A stretch of 64,000 bases of DNA, taken from Candidatus Omnitrophota bacterium (GTDB taxonomy: Bacteria > Omnitrophota > Gorgyraeia > B26-G9). How positions within the stretch are numbered: the stretch's first letter is position 1; the number at the start of each line of letters is the position of its first letter. The stretch is from contig JBDRJV010000010.1 in NCBI GenBank assembly GCA_043814605.1, positions 1,340 through 65,339 of the forward strand. Reading direction: 5' to 3'. The notes under the pieces were generated by a model, which was not told the origin of the DNA, made no database searches, and saw nothing but the letters and a program-made list of their open reading frames with translations. A program made the translations under genes and the position numbers. Shown piece by piece: positions 20,501 through 27,965 of this stretch.

Positions 20501-21516
20501 CCCGTCAGGTGATTGAACTTGAAGCAAACCTGCAAGCCTTAGAACAAGAAAAAAAACAGACGGAAACAGCATTAAATCAAATATCAGAAAAAAGAGCTTC
20601 ACTGCTGCAGGAATTTGAAGAGACTCAAAATCAAATAAAACAAAAAGAAAATGAACTTAATATAACTAAAAACAATATACGAGATTTAGATGTTAAAAAG
20701 GTAGAATTAAATTATAAAATTGAGTATTTGGTAAATAGAATTAAGCAAGCTTATAAAGTAGATATGGAAAATTTCAATGATTCTGAAATAAAAATTGAGG
20801 AAGATATTGATTGGGATAAACAAAAAGAACAGATTGATATTTTAAAGAGTAAAATTGATCATATCGGTACAGTTAATTTGGCAGCAGTTGAGGAAGAAGA
20901 AGAGTTAAGAGAAAGAGTAGAATTTTTGACAAGTCAGAAAGACGATTTATTAAATGCTAAACAATCATTAATGCAGGCAATTCAAAAGATAAACCGGCAA
21001 ACAAAAAGCTTATTTTTGGAGACATTTGAAAAGAGTAAAGTTACTTTTAAAGAATATTTCAAACTTTTATTTAGCGGGGGAGATGCACAGCTGCATTTAA
21101 CGGAAGGCAAAGATGTTTTAGAAAGCGGCATAGAAATTATTGTCCGGCCTCCGGGGAAAAGGCTGCAGAATATTAGTTTGCTCTCAGGCGGAGAGAAAAC
21201 GCTTACGGCAATTGCATTATTATTTGCAATTTTTAAAATTAAGCCAACTCCTTTCTGTGTTTTAGATGAGATGGATGCGCCTTTAGATGAATCAAATATT
21301 GATAGATTTACACGAGTTTTACAGGAATTCTTAACAAGTTCTCAATTTATTATTATTACTCATAACAAGAAGACGATTGCTATGGCTGATGTTATGTATG
21401 GAGTAACTATGCAGCAGCCTGGGGTTTCGAAACTTGTATCCGTTAAATTTAGTGAGTATAAAGAAAATCAGCAGCTTGAACATGTTCACGAAATTAAAGA
21501 GGCGGCACTTACCTAA
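17557..21516 (+). CDS. smc: chromosome partition protein SMC with an inserted CBM48/AMPK-beta-like carbohydrate-binding domain in the hinge
   Basis: Walker A GPNGTGKSN, long coiled coils, and the LSGGEK signature with Walker B CVLDEMDAPLD. The hinge carries an extra roughly 85-aa segment (nt about 19528-19780) matching the CBM48/AMPK1_CBM consensus (FNNW...YRYKFVIDNQAVTDPNNP...GNINSVI). Confidence 0.9.
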   Translation: MYFKKLELYGFKSFVEKTTLIFEPGVTAIVGPNGTGKSNISDAIKWVLGEQSAKSMRGSKMEDVIFNGTESQPPVNMAEVSLTLSNKEKLLPIDYDEVIITRRLYRSGESEYLLNKTLVRLKDVHELLMGTGIGTEAYSLLEQGRIDAILSSKPEERRVVFEEASGITRYKKKKNEAMRKLEATEENLLRVNDIVVEVNRQLGSIQRQVSKARRYKEHFEQLKTLDTQYAYCEYKILGTEKNSFQEKENNYHREQTNLENYLNELTQSFSRVKETLSLVEQDYNQLNNKVISASTQIEKNSDRINLNKERIDEFTQRVSSLGLDIENANKKIRELTQQLSLLQTKIDLFTEEKNSKEHNLNLKQATISEIEGVIKTTHQVVDENRLSAVKLLSEHAQIKNELAKLSANIHNAQSRLLRLNQEKEKTNQELKIINSQLQEKASELDQLNGKVDHEQLQENDLKQAYSQLKVQIKDLKLKIQDDKQTLVGYQSQLEVLEKLNKEYEGFSTAVKTLMRNKKENPEIFNGVHDVLVNLIDVNPGFELAAETALAEYLQAVVVDNKETINRLYNFISNQKLGRVKFLMLDSIEDCHCQGNQQSEKQGFKKISQTISCQDKYKKLINFLLKNTYLIPGEKTSESQFSQEIIPDTVSGPQISDAGIVFSCAAGNAKTVEIIGEFNNWGASERINLNFYSDRIWRTHIKLKEGTYRYKFVIDNQAVTDPNNPYKEADQNGNINSVIKIITANVSGEKQDLNLWGKVQTNDRIVNINGELYSSVEFITSCLTEQGIGLISQKARMRQLKIECQNLENAIIREKQIDSEKEQQMFNLETQLNQLHELLQEEKIVLANINSEKANIESTRKKLDDELAVIDIEIDETILDEKELIEKESQKKERLKEIDKAAALNEHEMARGQELIAIKTQEREELLIIISKMKTEFSLLSEQEETLNANFSMLKQSQAEQQNNVNEYLTLTEELKFKTEDCTRQVIELEANLQALEQEKKQTETALNQISEKRASLLQEFEETQNQIKQKENELNITKNNIRDLDVKKVELNYKIEYLVNRIKQAYKVDMENFNDSEIKIEEDIDWDKQKEQIDILKSKIDHIGTVNLAAVEEEEELRERVEFLTSQKDDLLNAKQSLMQAIQKINRQTKSLFLETFEKSKVTFKEYFKLLFSGGDAQLHLTEGKDVLESGIEIIVRPPGKRLQNISLLSGGEKTLTAIALLFAIFKIKPTPFCVLDEMDAPLDESNIDRFTRVLQEFLTSSQFIIITHNKKTIAMADVMYGVTMQQPGVSKLVSVKFSEYKENQQLEHVHEIKEAALT

Positions 21517-21537
21517 AAGAAAAATTAACCCCGCAAG

Positions 21538-22722
21538 TCACATTAATTCCCGGCTAAACATACAAACCCTGTTGCGGCCTGTATTTTTGGCAGCATAAAG
21601 CGCTTTATCGGCACAATTAACTAATTCTTCTTTAGTAGATGCATCTTGCGGAAAACTGGCAACTCCAATGCTGATTGTAATTCTTTTGGGGGTAGCCTTC
21701 TGATTGTGGCAGAAAGAATATGCAGCAACTAATTTTCTAATTCGCTCGGCTGAAGAATAAGCTTTTTCTTTATATGTTTCTGGTAAAATGATTGCAAATT
21801 CCTCGCCTCCATAACGGGTTACAGAATCAACTTCCCGGCATGAATTTTTGAGAATTTCTGCCAGATCTTTCAGTAAATCATCTCCGGCAATATGGCCTAA
21901 TGTATCATTAAAATCTTTAAAGTAATCAAGGTCCACCATGAGCAAACTTAAGTACCGATTAAACCGAGTGGCTCTTTTTACTTCTTCATTAATTTGATGC
22001 TGAAAATATCCGTAATTCCAAAGATTTGTAAGCCGGTCAGTATTAGACATAACCAATGCTTTTTCAAACTCTTGAGAATTCTCAATCGCTAAGCCGGCTT
22101 GATCGGCAAACATCGAAAGCTTCCAAATATCATCTGTTGTAATTGAACGTTTTGAATAAAAATTATCAACCAGCATTACTCCCACAACATGATTTTTAGC
22201 TAATAAAGGAACAGTAACAAAATATTCCATATTAAACAAAGACACAACCGGATCGTTTTTTTTAATTAAGAGTTTTTTTTCATCATTAATAATTTCAAAA
22301 GGGCTTTTATTTAAAACGGTTTGGGCTAAAATCCCGGAAGATAAGTTTATTGGTAGTGACATATTTTTGACGGTATTATTTAAATGCGAATCATTACTTC
22401 TGCCAAATTCTTGATAGGCATTGAGCAATTCATCCAAATTTTTACCGGATTTTTTTATAAATCGCCAAATATCCTGGGCATGATCCCCTGAATCCGGGCC
22501 GATGCCCATACGGCCTTCTAACTGATTAGTGTTTTCATTAACTAAAAAAACCATAGCTCGGTTAAAACCCAGCCCTTCGCCGGCGGTAACACTAGTTAGG
22601 ATAATGTAGAGAATTTCATCCAATCTCAGCGTTGAACGCATGGCATTACCAATTTCATAAAGCATTAATAGTTCCGCGCTGTATTGACTCTTAACTTTTG
22701 AGGGTATTGTTTTTCTTAACAT
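21538..22722 (-). CDS. GAF domain-containing diguanylate cyclase (GGDEF)
   Basis: N-terminal GAF-like region. C-terminal GGDEF domain with an RYGGEEF motif. Confidence 0.8.
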   Translation of the reverse strand: MLRKTIPSKVKSQYSAELLMLYEIGNAMRSTLRLDEILYIILTSVTAGEGLGFNRAMVFLVNENTNQLEGRMGIGPDSGDHAQDIWRFIKKSGKNLDELLNAYQEFGRSNDSHLNNTVKNMSLPINLSSGILAQTVLNKSPFEIINDEKKLLIKKNDPVVSLFNMEYFVTVPLLAKNHVVGVMLVDNFYSKRSITTDDIWKLSMFADQAGLAIENSQEFEKALVMSNTDRLTNLWNYGYFQHQINEEVKRATRFNRYLSLLMVDLDYFKDFNDTLGHIAGDDLLKDLAEILKNSCREVDSVTRYGGEEFAIILPETYKEKAYSSAERIRKLVAAYSFCHNQKATPKRITISIGVASFPQDASTKEELVNCADKALYAAKNTGRNRVCMFSRELM

Positions 22723-22795
22723 AGGTTTTATTGTATAATCAGTCGGTTTTTCTTGTCAATAACAAAAGCAGTAAAAAAATCAGGCAGGGAAGAAA

Positions 22796-23356
22796 TTAAT
22801 CCCAAGCAGCAGAAAATTCACAACAATTAGCTCCTTTTGTAACGCATTTAGTTTCAAATAGTTCTATATTTTTTGCCCCGCTCATTTTGAGAATAGCCTT
22901 AAAATAACCGATAGTGAGCATACAGAAACTTTGATGAGGAGTTTTATAATCCTGAATTTGTAAGGTTGCGGTATTATTTTTAACTGATGTCACTTTTATA
23001 GATCCATGATCATGTATTCTTTTCCAAAAAATTGGGCTGCGGGAAAGAACAAATAAGGGATCACCGAAATGAATAAATACTTTAAAAATTTTAGCAGTAC
23101 CCACCTCTGCTCCATAAGCACCTATTTCCTCGCATAATTTATAGTCTCCTTTTCCAAAAATCTTATCCAGGGCAATTATCAAATTAATAAGAGTTTGTTC
23201 CGGGTACATGTTTATGGAATAAAGATGCCGGCAAAGCAGGGTTTTGTCTGGATCCGGTAATTGTTCCAGAATCTTATCAAAAGCTTCTGGTCCAAATTTT
23301 TCTTCGATAAACTTTTTTGCGATTAAGAACTGGCTGCCTTTTAAATTTGCGTTCAT
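22796..23356 (-). CDS. V4R-like small-ligand sensor domain protein (putative)
   Basis: C-terminal E-x-K-C-x3-G-A-x-CCEF pattern resembles the V4R (4-vinyl reductase) domain end. It sits immediately upstream of, and co-oriented with, the GGDEF gene. Confidence 0.35.
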   Translation of the reverse strand: MNANLKGSQFLIAKKFIEEKFGPEAFDKILEQLPDPDKTLLCRHLYSINMYPEQTLINLIIALDKIFGKGDYKLCEEIGAYGAEVGTAKIFKVFIHFGDPLFVLSRSPIFWKRIHDHGSIKVTSVKNNTATLQIQDYKTPHQSFCMLTIGYFKAILKMSGAKNIELFETKCVTKGANCCEFSAAWD

Positions 23357-23445
23357 AGCTTTAATTTTAGATAAAATAATAACCTTGTCATATACTCTAA
23401 TTTATTCTAATATATAATTTGAATAAATACAAGGAGTAATAGAAA

Positions 23446-24033
23446 ATGAAGCCAAATAAAGCGTTGATTATTGTTGATATGCAGAATGATTTTTGCCCGG
23501 GCGGAAGTTTAGCTGTTCCAGGGGGGGATAGAATAGTCAGCATTTTAAATAAGTACATCCGTTTTTGTAAAAAAAACAAAATCCCTATTTTTCTTTCCCG
23601 GGATTGGCATCCTCCCAAAACTCGCCATTTTGAAAAATTTGGCGGACTCTGGCCAAATCATTGTATCCAGAAAACCCCCGGGGCTAAGTTTCATCCCCGG
23701 TTAAAATTCATAAAGCAGGCAGTTATTATTTCCAAGGGTATGGACCCGGGGAAAAACAGTTATTCTGCTTTTGATGCTGTCAATCATCAGGGAATAGGAT
23801 TACTGGATTTATTGAAAATATTAAGAGTTAAAAAACTTTTGATTGGAGGTTTAGCTACAGATTATTGCGTAAAAGCAACCGTGCACGATACGATCAAATA
23901 CGGGTTTAAAGTTGATTTATTACAGGATGCCATTAAAGGGGTTAATAAAAGAGCGTGTGATTCAGCCAAAGCAATCGAAAAAATGCTTAATTGGGGAGCA
24001 AAAAAAATTACGATTGATAAGTTTAATAAATAA
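23446..24033 (+). CDS. pncA: isochorismatase-family cysteine hydrolase (nicotinamidase-like)
   Basis: ALIIVDMQNDFCPGGSLAV...DWHP and a catalytic Cys in ATDYCV. Confidence 0.7.
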   Translation: MKPNKALIIVDMQNDFCPGGSLAVPGGDRIVSILNKYIRFCKKNKIPIFLSRDWHPPKTRHFEKFGGLWPNHCIQKTPGAKFHPRLKFIKQAVIISKGMDPGKNSYSAFDAVNHQGIGLLDLLKILRVKKLLIGGLATDYCVKATVHDTIKYGFKVDLLQDAIKGVNKRACDSAKAIEKMLNWGAKKITIDKFNK

Positions 24034-24060
24034 TTAATTATTACCGAGAAACTGAATAAA

Positions 24061-25434
24061 ATGAAATTAAAGAAACAAATAATAGTTTTTATAATTTTTA
24101 TAGTGATTTTTTATGGGGAGATTGTTTTTCTGCAGGCAGAAATAAATTATGAACAATTAACCGCAAAATATGAAAAACAACTTTCTCAAAATTGGTTCAA
24201 ATTTGGCATTAAAAGACAATTAAGCATTTTATATCATAATTGGGCGCATGAACTTACCGAAAAAGGGTTATGGGAAGAGGCGATAACAAAGCAAACCAGG
24301 GCGTATCAATTACAGCCCCAAGAGGCAATAATAAAAAACGCTCTGGCTTATTATTACAATGGCTATGCTTTAGAACTGAGGGAAAAAAAATATTTTCAAG
24401 AAGCAGTAATAAATTTAAAAGAAGCTATTAATTACGCATCAGAGCAGTCACAAATCAAAAAAAATCTTGCTGTAGTTTATGTGGACATGGCAAACGAAGA
24501 GTTTCACTTGGCGGAATATATGAGGTGTGAGAATTTTTTAAAAGAAGCAGAATTGCAAGACCCGGAAAATGCTTATCTTTATGTTTTAAAAGGAGAAGTA
24601 GATTATGTGCAGGATAATTATTATTTTGCCCAAGAAAATTGGGAAAAAGCTTTACAAATCAATCCGCACTTATCTGCAGTAAAATTAAAACTAGAAAAAC
24701 TTAAAAACGAAAAAAATATTGAAAAAAATTTTAATGTTCAGGAAGTAGAACATTTTCGCTTGAAATTTGAAGGTCTCGATAACCGGAAATTAGCTGATAA
24801 AGCCGCGGCAATACTTCGCGATGCTTATAGAGAAGTAGGGCAGGATTTTAGTTGTTTTCCGCAGCAAGTAATTCCAGTGATTATTTATCCCAAGAAGGAA
24901 TTAAAAAAACTGGATTATTTTCCAGACTGGGCAGCGGGGACTTATGATGGCAAAATCCGTATTGGCGAAGATTTGGCAATAATGGGTAAAAATGGTTTAC
25001 AAATGAATTCAGTATTATTTCATGAATATACGCATGTAATTATCAGGCTCTTGGGCGGGGATAATGTGCCGCTTTGGCTGAATGAAGGTTTAGCTGAGTG
25101 CCAGGCTCAAAAATTTAAAAATTTGGAGGAAAAAAGAGCCAGACAAATATTACTTAAGCTGGCGTTAAAAAACAATACACTTTTTTCTTTAGACCAGTTA
25201 GGAGCAATGAATCTAATGAAATTATTAGCTTTATCGGGGAAAAGCATTGAGCTTGTTTATGCACAGAGTGAGTCTTTTGTTAGTTATTTAATTGAACGAG
25301 CTTCTTATTATGATATAAGAAATTTATTAGGACGATTAGGAGAAGGTGAAAATATTTACAAAGCAGTAAAGGATGTTTTGTTTGTTGAACTGGAAGTATT
25401 AGAAAAAAATTGGAAAGCAGATGTTTTACAATAA
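24061..25434 (+). CDS. TPR-repeat protein with C-terminal zincin-like HExxH (HEYTH) domain
   Basis: Signal/TM at the N-terminus and TPR-like helical repeats. Carries LFHEYTHVII...NEGLAE (HExxH + downstream E). Confidence 0.45.
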   Translation: MKLKKQIIVFIIFIVIFYGEIVFLQAEINYEQLTAKYEKQLSQNWFKFGIKRQLSILYHNWAHELTEKGLWEEAITKQTRAYQLQPQEAIIKNALAYYYNGYALELREKKYFQEAVINLKEAINYASEQSQIKKNLAVVYVDMANEEFHLAEYMRCENFLKEAELQDPENAYLYVLKGEVDYVQDNYYFAQENWEKALQINPHLSAVKLKLEKLKNEKNIEKNFNVQEVEHFRLKFEGLDNRKLADKAAAILRDAYREVGQDFSCFPQQVIPVIIYPKKELKKLDYFPDWAAGTYDGKIRIGEDLAIMGKNGLQMNSVLFHEYTHVIIRLLGGDNVPLWLNEGLAECQAQKFKNLEEKRARQILLKLALKNNTLFSLDQLGAMNLMKLLALSGKSIELVYAQSESFVSYLIERASYYDIRNLLGRLGEGENIYKAVKDVLFVELEVLEKNWKADVLQ

Positions 25435-25477
25435 ATTATAAATTTAAAAATATTATGCTATAATAATTATTATTTTA

Positions 25478-25912
25478 ATGTACAAAAATCAATTCTTTTA
25501 TAAAGGAGGAAGCGTGGCTCAGAGAATACTAATTGTTGATGACGAAGCAGAATTGAGAGAGATATTAAGTACAGCATTAGTCCGGGCAGGATATGAATTT
25601 GAAACTGCAGCCGGGGGCAGGGAAGCGGTAGGTGCGTACCTGGAATCCTTAGACGAGGATAACCCCTATTCTGCGATAATTTTAGATATTATGATGCCTA
25701 AAGGGGATGGGCTGCAAACGATTGAGGCAATTAGAAAAGAAGAACAGCGCCGGGGAATTCAACTGGGGCATGGAGTGTATATAGTGATGCTGACCGCATT
25801 AAAAAATCCTTGGGTAGAAGCATTTAATAAAGGTTGTGATGATTATTTGCTTAAACCCTATAAGATAAATGAACTCTTAGAAAAACTAGAAAAAAAATTA
25901 AATAAAAATTAG
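25478..25912 (+). CDS. stand-alone response regulator receiver domain protein
   Basis: ILIVDDE...DIMMPKGDG...LTA..K receiver motifs. No output domain. Confidence 0.7.
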   Translation: MYKNQFFYKGGSVAQRILIVDDEAELREILSTALVRAGYEFETAAGGREAVGAYLESLDEDNPYSAIILDIMMPKGDGLQTIEAIRKEEQRRGIQLGHGVYIVMLTALKNPWVEAFNKGCDDYLLKPYKINELLEKLEKKLNKN

Positions 25913-25964
25913 CTTATAAAAATCAGCTGATTTTATTTTTCTTTTTTTACCTTCTGATTATAGT

Positions 25965-27104
25965 ATGGAACCGCTTAGTATATATATTCATGTCCCTTTT
26001 TGCCTGAAAAAATGTTTTTACTGTAATTTTAATTCAAAAGAAATTAAAAATCAGCAGCAAATAGAAAAATATGTACAAGCTTTAAAAAAAGATATTTTAA
26101 TTTCAAGTCTGAATTTAAAGAATTTAAATAATTACGAAATAAAAAGTATTTATTTTGGCGGGGGAACCCCATCTTTAGTCCGGCCGGATCAAATCTCAGA
26201 AATTATAAAGTTAATAAAAAAAATATTTATTTTTGATAAACTGGAAATAACCCTTGAGATTAATCCGGCAACAGCAATAAGTGGAAAAATAATCCTCTAT
26301 AGAAAAGCAGGGATAAACCGGATCAGTCTGGGAGTACAATCTTTTAATGATTGTTTTCTAAAGAGATTAGGCAGATTACATAATGCCTCGGATACATTAG
26401 CAACTGTTAAAATGATCAAAAAAGAAAAAATTTCTAATTTTAGCATTGACCTCATTTACGGAATTCCCGGGCAGACACTAAAAGATTGGCAGGAAGATTT
26501 AGATAAGGTTATTGGTTTAGATATTAATCATGTTTCTTTTTATGATTTAACTGTTGAAAAAGGCACAACTTTTTATAAAAAAAGGAAAAAGTTTAATTTT
26601 TTATCGGAAGATGAAAAAGCGCAAATGTATATCTTAGGGAGGCAGAAACTCAAATCTGCCGGATTTTTGCAGTATGAGATATCTAGTTTTGCCAAAAAGG
26701 GCTATGCATCAATGCATAACCAGGCATATTGGCTGAATCAAGAATATTTAGGCTTAGGAGCGGGAGCATATTCTTATTTAAACGGGTTGCGTTTTAGCCG
26801 CGTTAAAGATCACCAAAAATATCAGGATCAGGTACAACAAGGGAAAATTAAATTTTATAATCAGGAAAGGTTAAAGCAAGATGCATTGATCAAGGAGACA
26901 TTAATTCTTAATTTAAGACAGATGAAAGGAGTTAGTCTTAAAGACATAGAATACAGATTTAAGATCAAAATTCCAAAAACAATAATTGGTAAGTTAAAGG
27001 AATTAAATAAGTATAAGTTATTATCTAAAACTAAAACTGGGTATCGGCTAAGCCAAAAGGGGATTTTAGTTTACGATGCGATTGCCGGTGAGCTATTGGA
27101 TTAA
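25965..27104 (+). CDS. hemW: radical SAM family heme chaperone HemW (HemN-like)
   Basis: CxxxCxxC (CLKKCFYC) radical-SAM motif, HemN-like length and a GGGTPS motif. Confidence 0.8.
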   Translation: MEPLSIYIHVPFCLKKCFYCNFNSKEIKNQQQIEKYVQALKKDILISSLNLKNLNNYEIKSIYFGGGTPSLVRPDQISEIIKLIKKIFIFDKLEITLEINPATAISGKIILYRKAGINRISLGVQSFNDCFLKRLGRLHNASDTLATVKMIKKEKISNFSIDLIYGIPGQTLKDWQEDLDKVIGLDINHVSFYDLTVEKGTTFYKKRKKFNFLSEDEKAQMYILGRQKLKSAGFLQYEISSFAKKGYASMHNQAYWLNQEYLGLGAGAYSYLNGLRFSRVKDHQKYQDQVQQGKIKFYNQERLKQDALIKETLILNLRQMKGVSLKDIEYRFKIKIPKTIIGKLKELNKYKLLSKTKTGYRLSQKGILVYDAIAGELLD

Positions 27105-27182
27105 GTTGAGGCTTGAATTTTTTAGATGTTCGTGGTATAAATAATACCTTAATAATTACAAATTTATAAATTAAATGTTTAT

Positions 27183-27269
27183 GCGGAGGTGGTGGAATTG
27201 GCAGACACGCTAGCTTGAGGGGCTAGTGGGAGCAATCTCATGAGGGTTCAAATCCCTCTCTCCGCACCA
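27183..27269 (+). tRNA. tRNA-Leu (anticodon GAG)
   Basis: Cloverleaf with a long variable arm and anticodon loop TTGAGGG. T-arm GGTTCAAATCC and an encoded CCA. Confidence 0.85.
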
Positions 27270-27274
27270 TATTA

Positions 27275-27303
27275 AAATCTTCCTTTTTGGAAGATTTTTT
27301 TAT
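27275..27303 (+). terminator. intrinsic terminator after tRNA-Leu
   Basis: AATCTTCC-TTTTT-GGAAGATT followed by a T7 run. Confidence 0.6.
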
Positions 27304-27595
27304 TTAGGTGAGGGATTTGAAGCAAGCGCCCGCCAAGTGGACACTATGAAGTGGACAGTGGCGAGGTCTCGCCATGCTTTGTGGCGGAAACGCCGATTTT
27401 CACCCCACCCCATTGGTGTTGCTTCGCGATCTAAAAAAATAATCCTTTTTTACCTGCTTTTTTGGTTTAGGCTTGCACGGATTAAAATGTTGTGGTATAC
27501 TTCCACATCACTATCTTAAAGGAATTTATTCGACATGATAGTAATGTTATTTCTAGGGGGATAACAGAGTGAATTGTAGCATTTTATTAAATTTT

Positions 27596-27673
27596 GGGAT
27601 ACGAAGCGATAGCGTCTTTACTCTAATTAAGGCGTTATGAGAAGCCCCCTACTTCCCCCGTTCTTCGTATCCC
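27596..27673 (+). ncRNA. long-loop hairpin repeat, copy A (GGGATACGAAG...CTTCGTATCCC + U-tract)
   Basis: Perfect 11-bp inverted repeat enclosing a 56-nt loop with the conserved C-rich segment GCCCCTACTTCCCCC. Followed by TTTTTT. Confidence 0.5.
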
Positions 27674-27727
27674 TTTTTTATATTTAAATTTAAATTACTA
27701 TAGTTTATTGAAAAAAACTAATATATA

Positions 27728-27736
27728 TGGTATAAT
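27728..27736 (+). promoter_or_regulatory. extended -10 promoter (TGGTATAAT) between the two hairpin repeats
   Basis: TGnTATAAT consensus. The same TGGTATA(A/C)T element recurs upstream of other genes in the window (35044, 42894). Confidence 0.45.
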
Positions 27737-27846
27737 TCTACTAAAGATAAACACTTAACTTATTCAGGGGGGTAGCGGGTTTTTTTTTATTCGCATTAAT
27801 TAAACAGTTTTTAAAAGTATTGTTTAATAAACTTATTCTAAATTTT

Positions 27847-27920
27847 GGGATACGAAGAACAGAATCGCCTTATCCCCTAAGGCGGTTATTGGCCCCTACT
27901 TCCCCCTGTCTTCGTATCCC
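27847..27920 (+). ncRNA. long-loop hairpin repeat, copy B, in the 5' leader of the 27966 gene
   Basis: Same 11-bp stem as copy A. The loop has a CGCCTTA-TCCCC-TAAGGCG sub-hairpin and the conserved GCCCCTACTTCCCCC segment. Followed by a T-rich tract. Confidence 0.5.
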
Positions 27921-27965
27921 TTTATTTAATAAGTTTAATGAGGTTTAGAATTATAATTTACTAAC

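Noticed and set aside
22796-23356. H-NOX (heme-NO/O2 binding) assignment for the sensor upstream of the GGDEF gene
   Set aside because: The gene context fits, but the proximal His and the Y-x-S-x-R motif are not found in the required order or spacing. A weaker V4R-like call is retained instead.
27337-27519. 60-aa ORF in the tRNA-Leu downstream spacer
   Set aside because: There is no RBS. It lies in a repeat- and palindrome-rich non-coding region, and its Arg/Trp-rich composition is typical of a spurious frame.
27596-27920. Guanidine-II (mini-ykkC) riboswitch interpretation of the two hairpins (each contains ACGA)
   Set aside because: In mini-ykkC the ACGR lies in the tetraloop of short GC stems. 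Here ACGA lies inside an 11-bp stem with a roughly 55-nt loop, so the architecture does not match.
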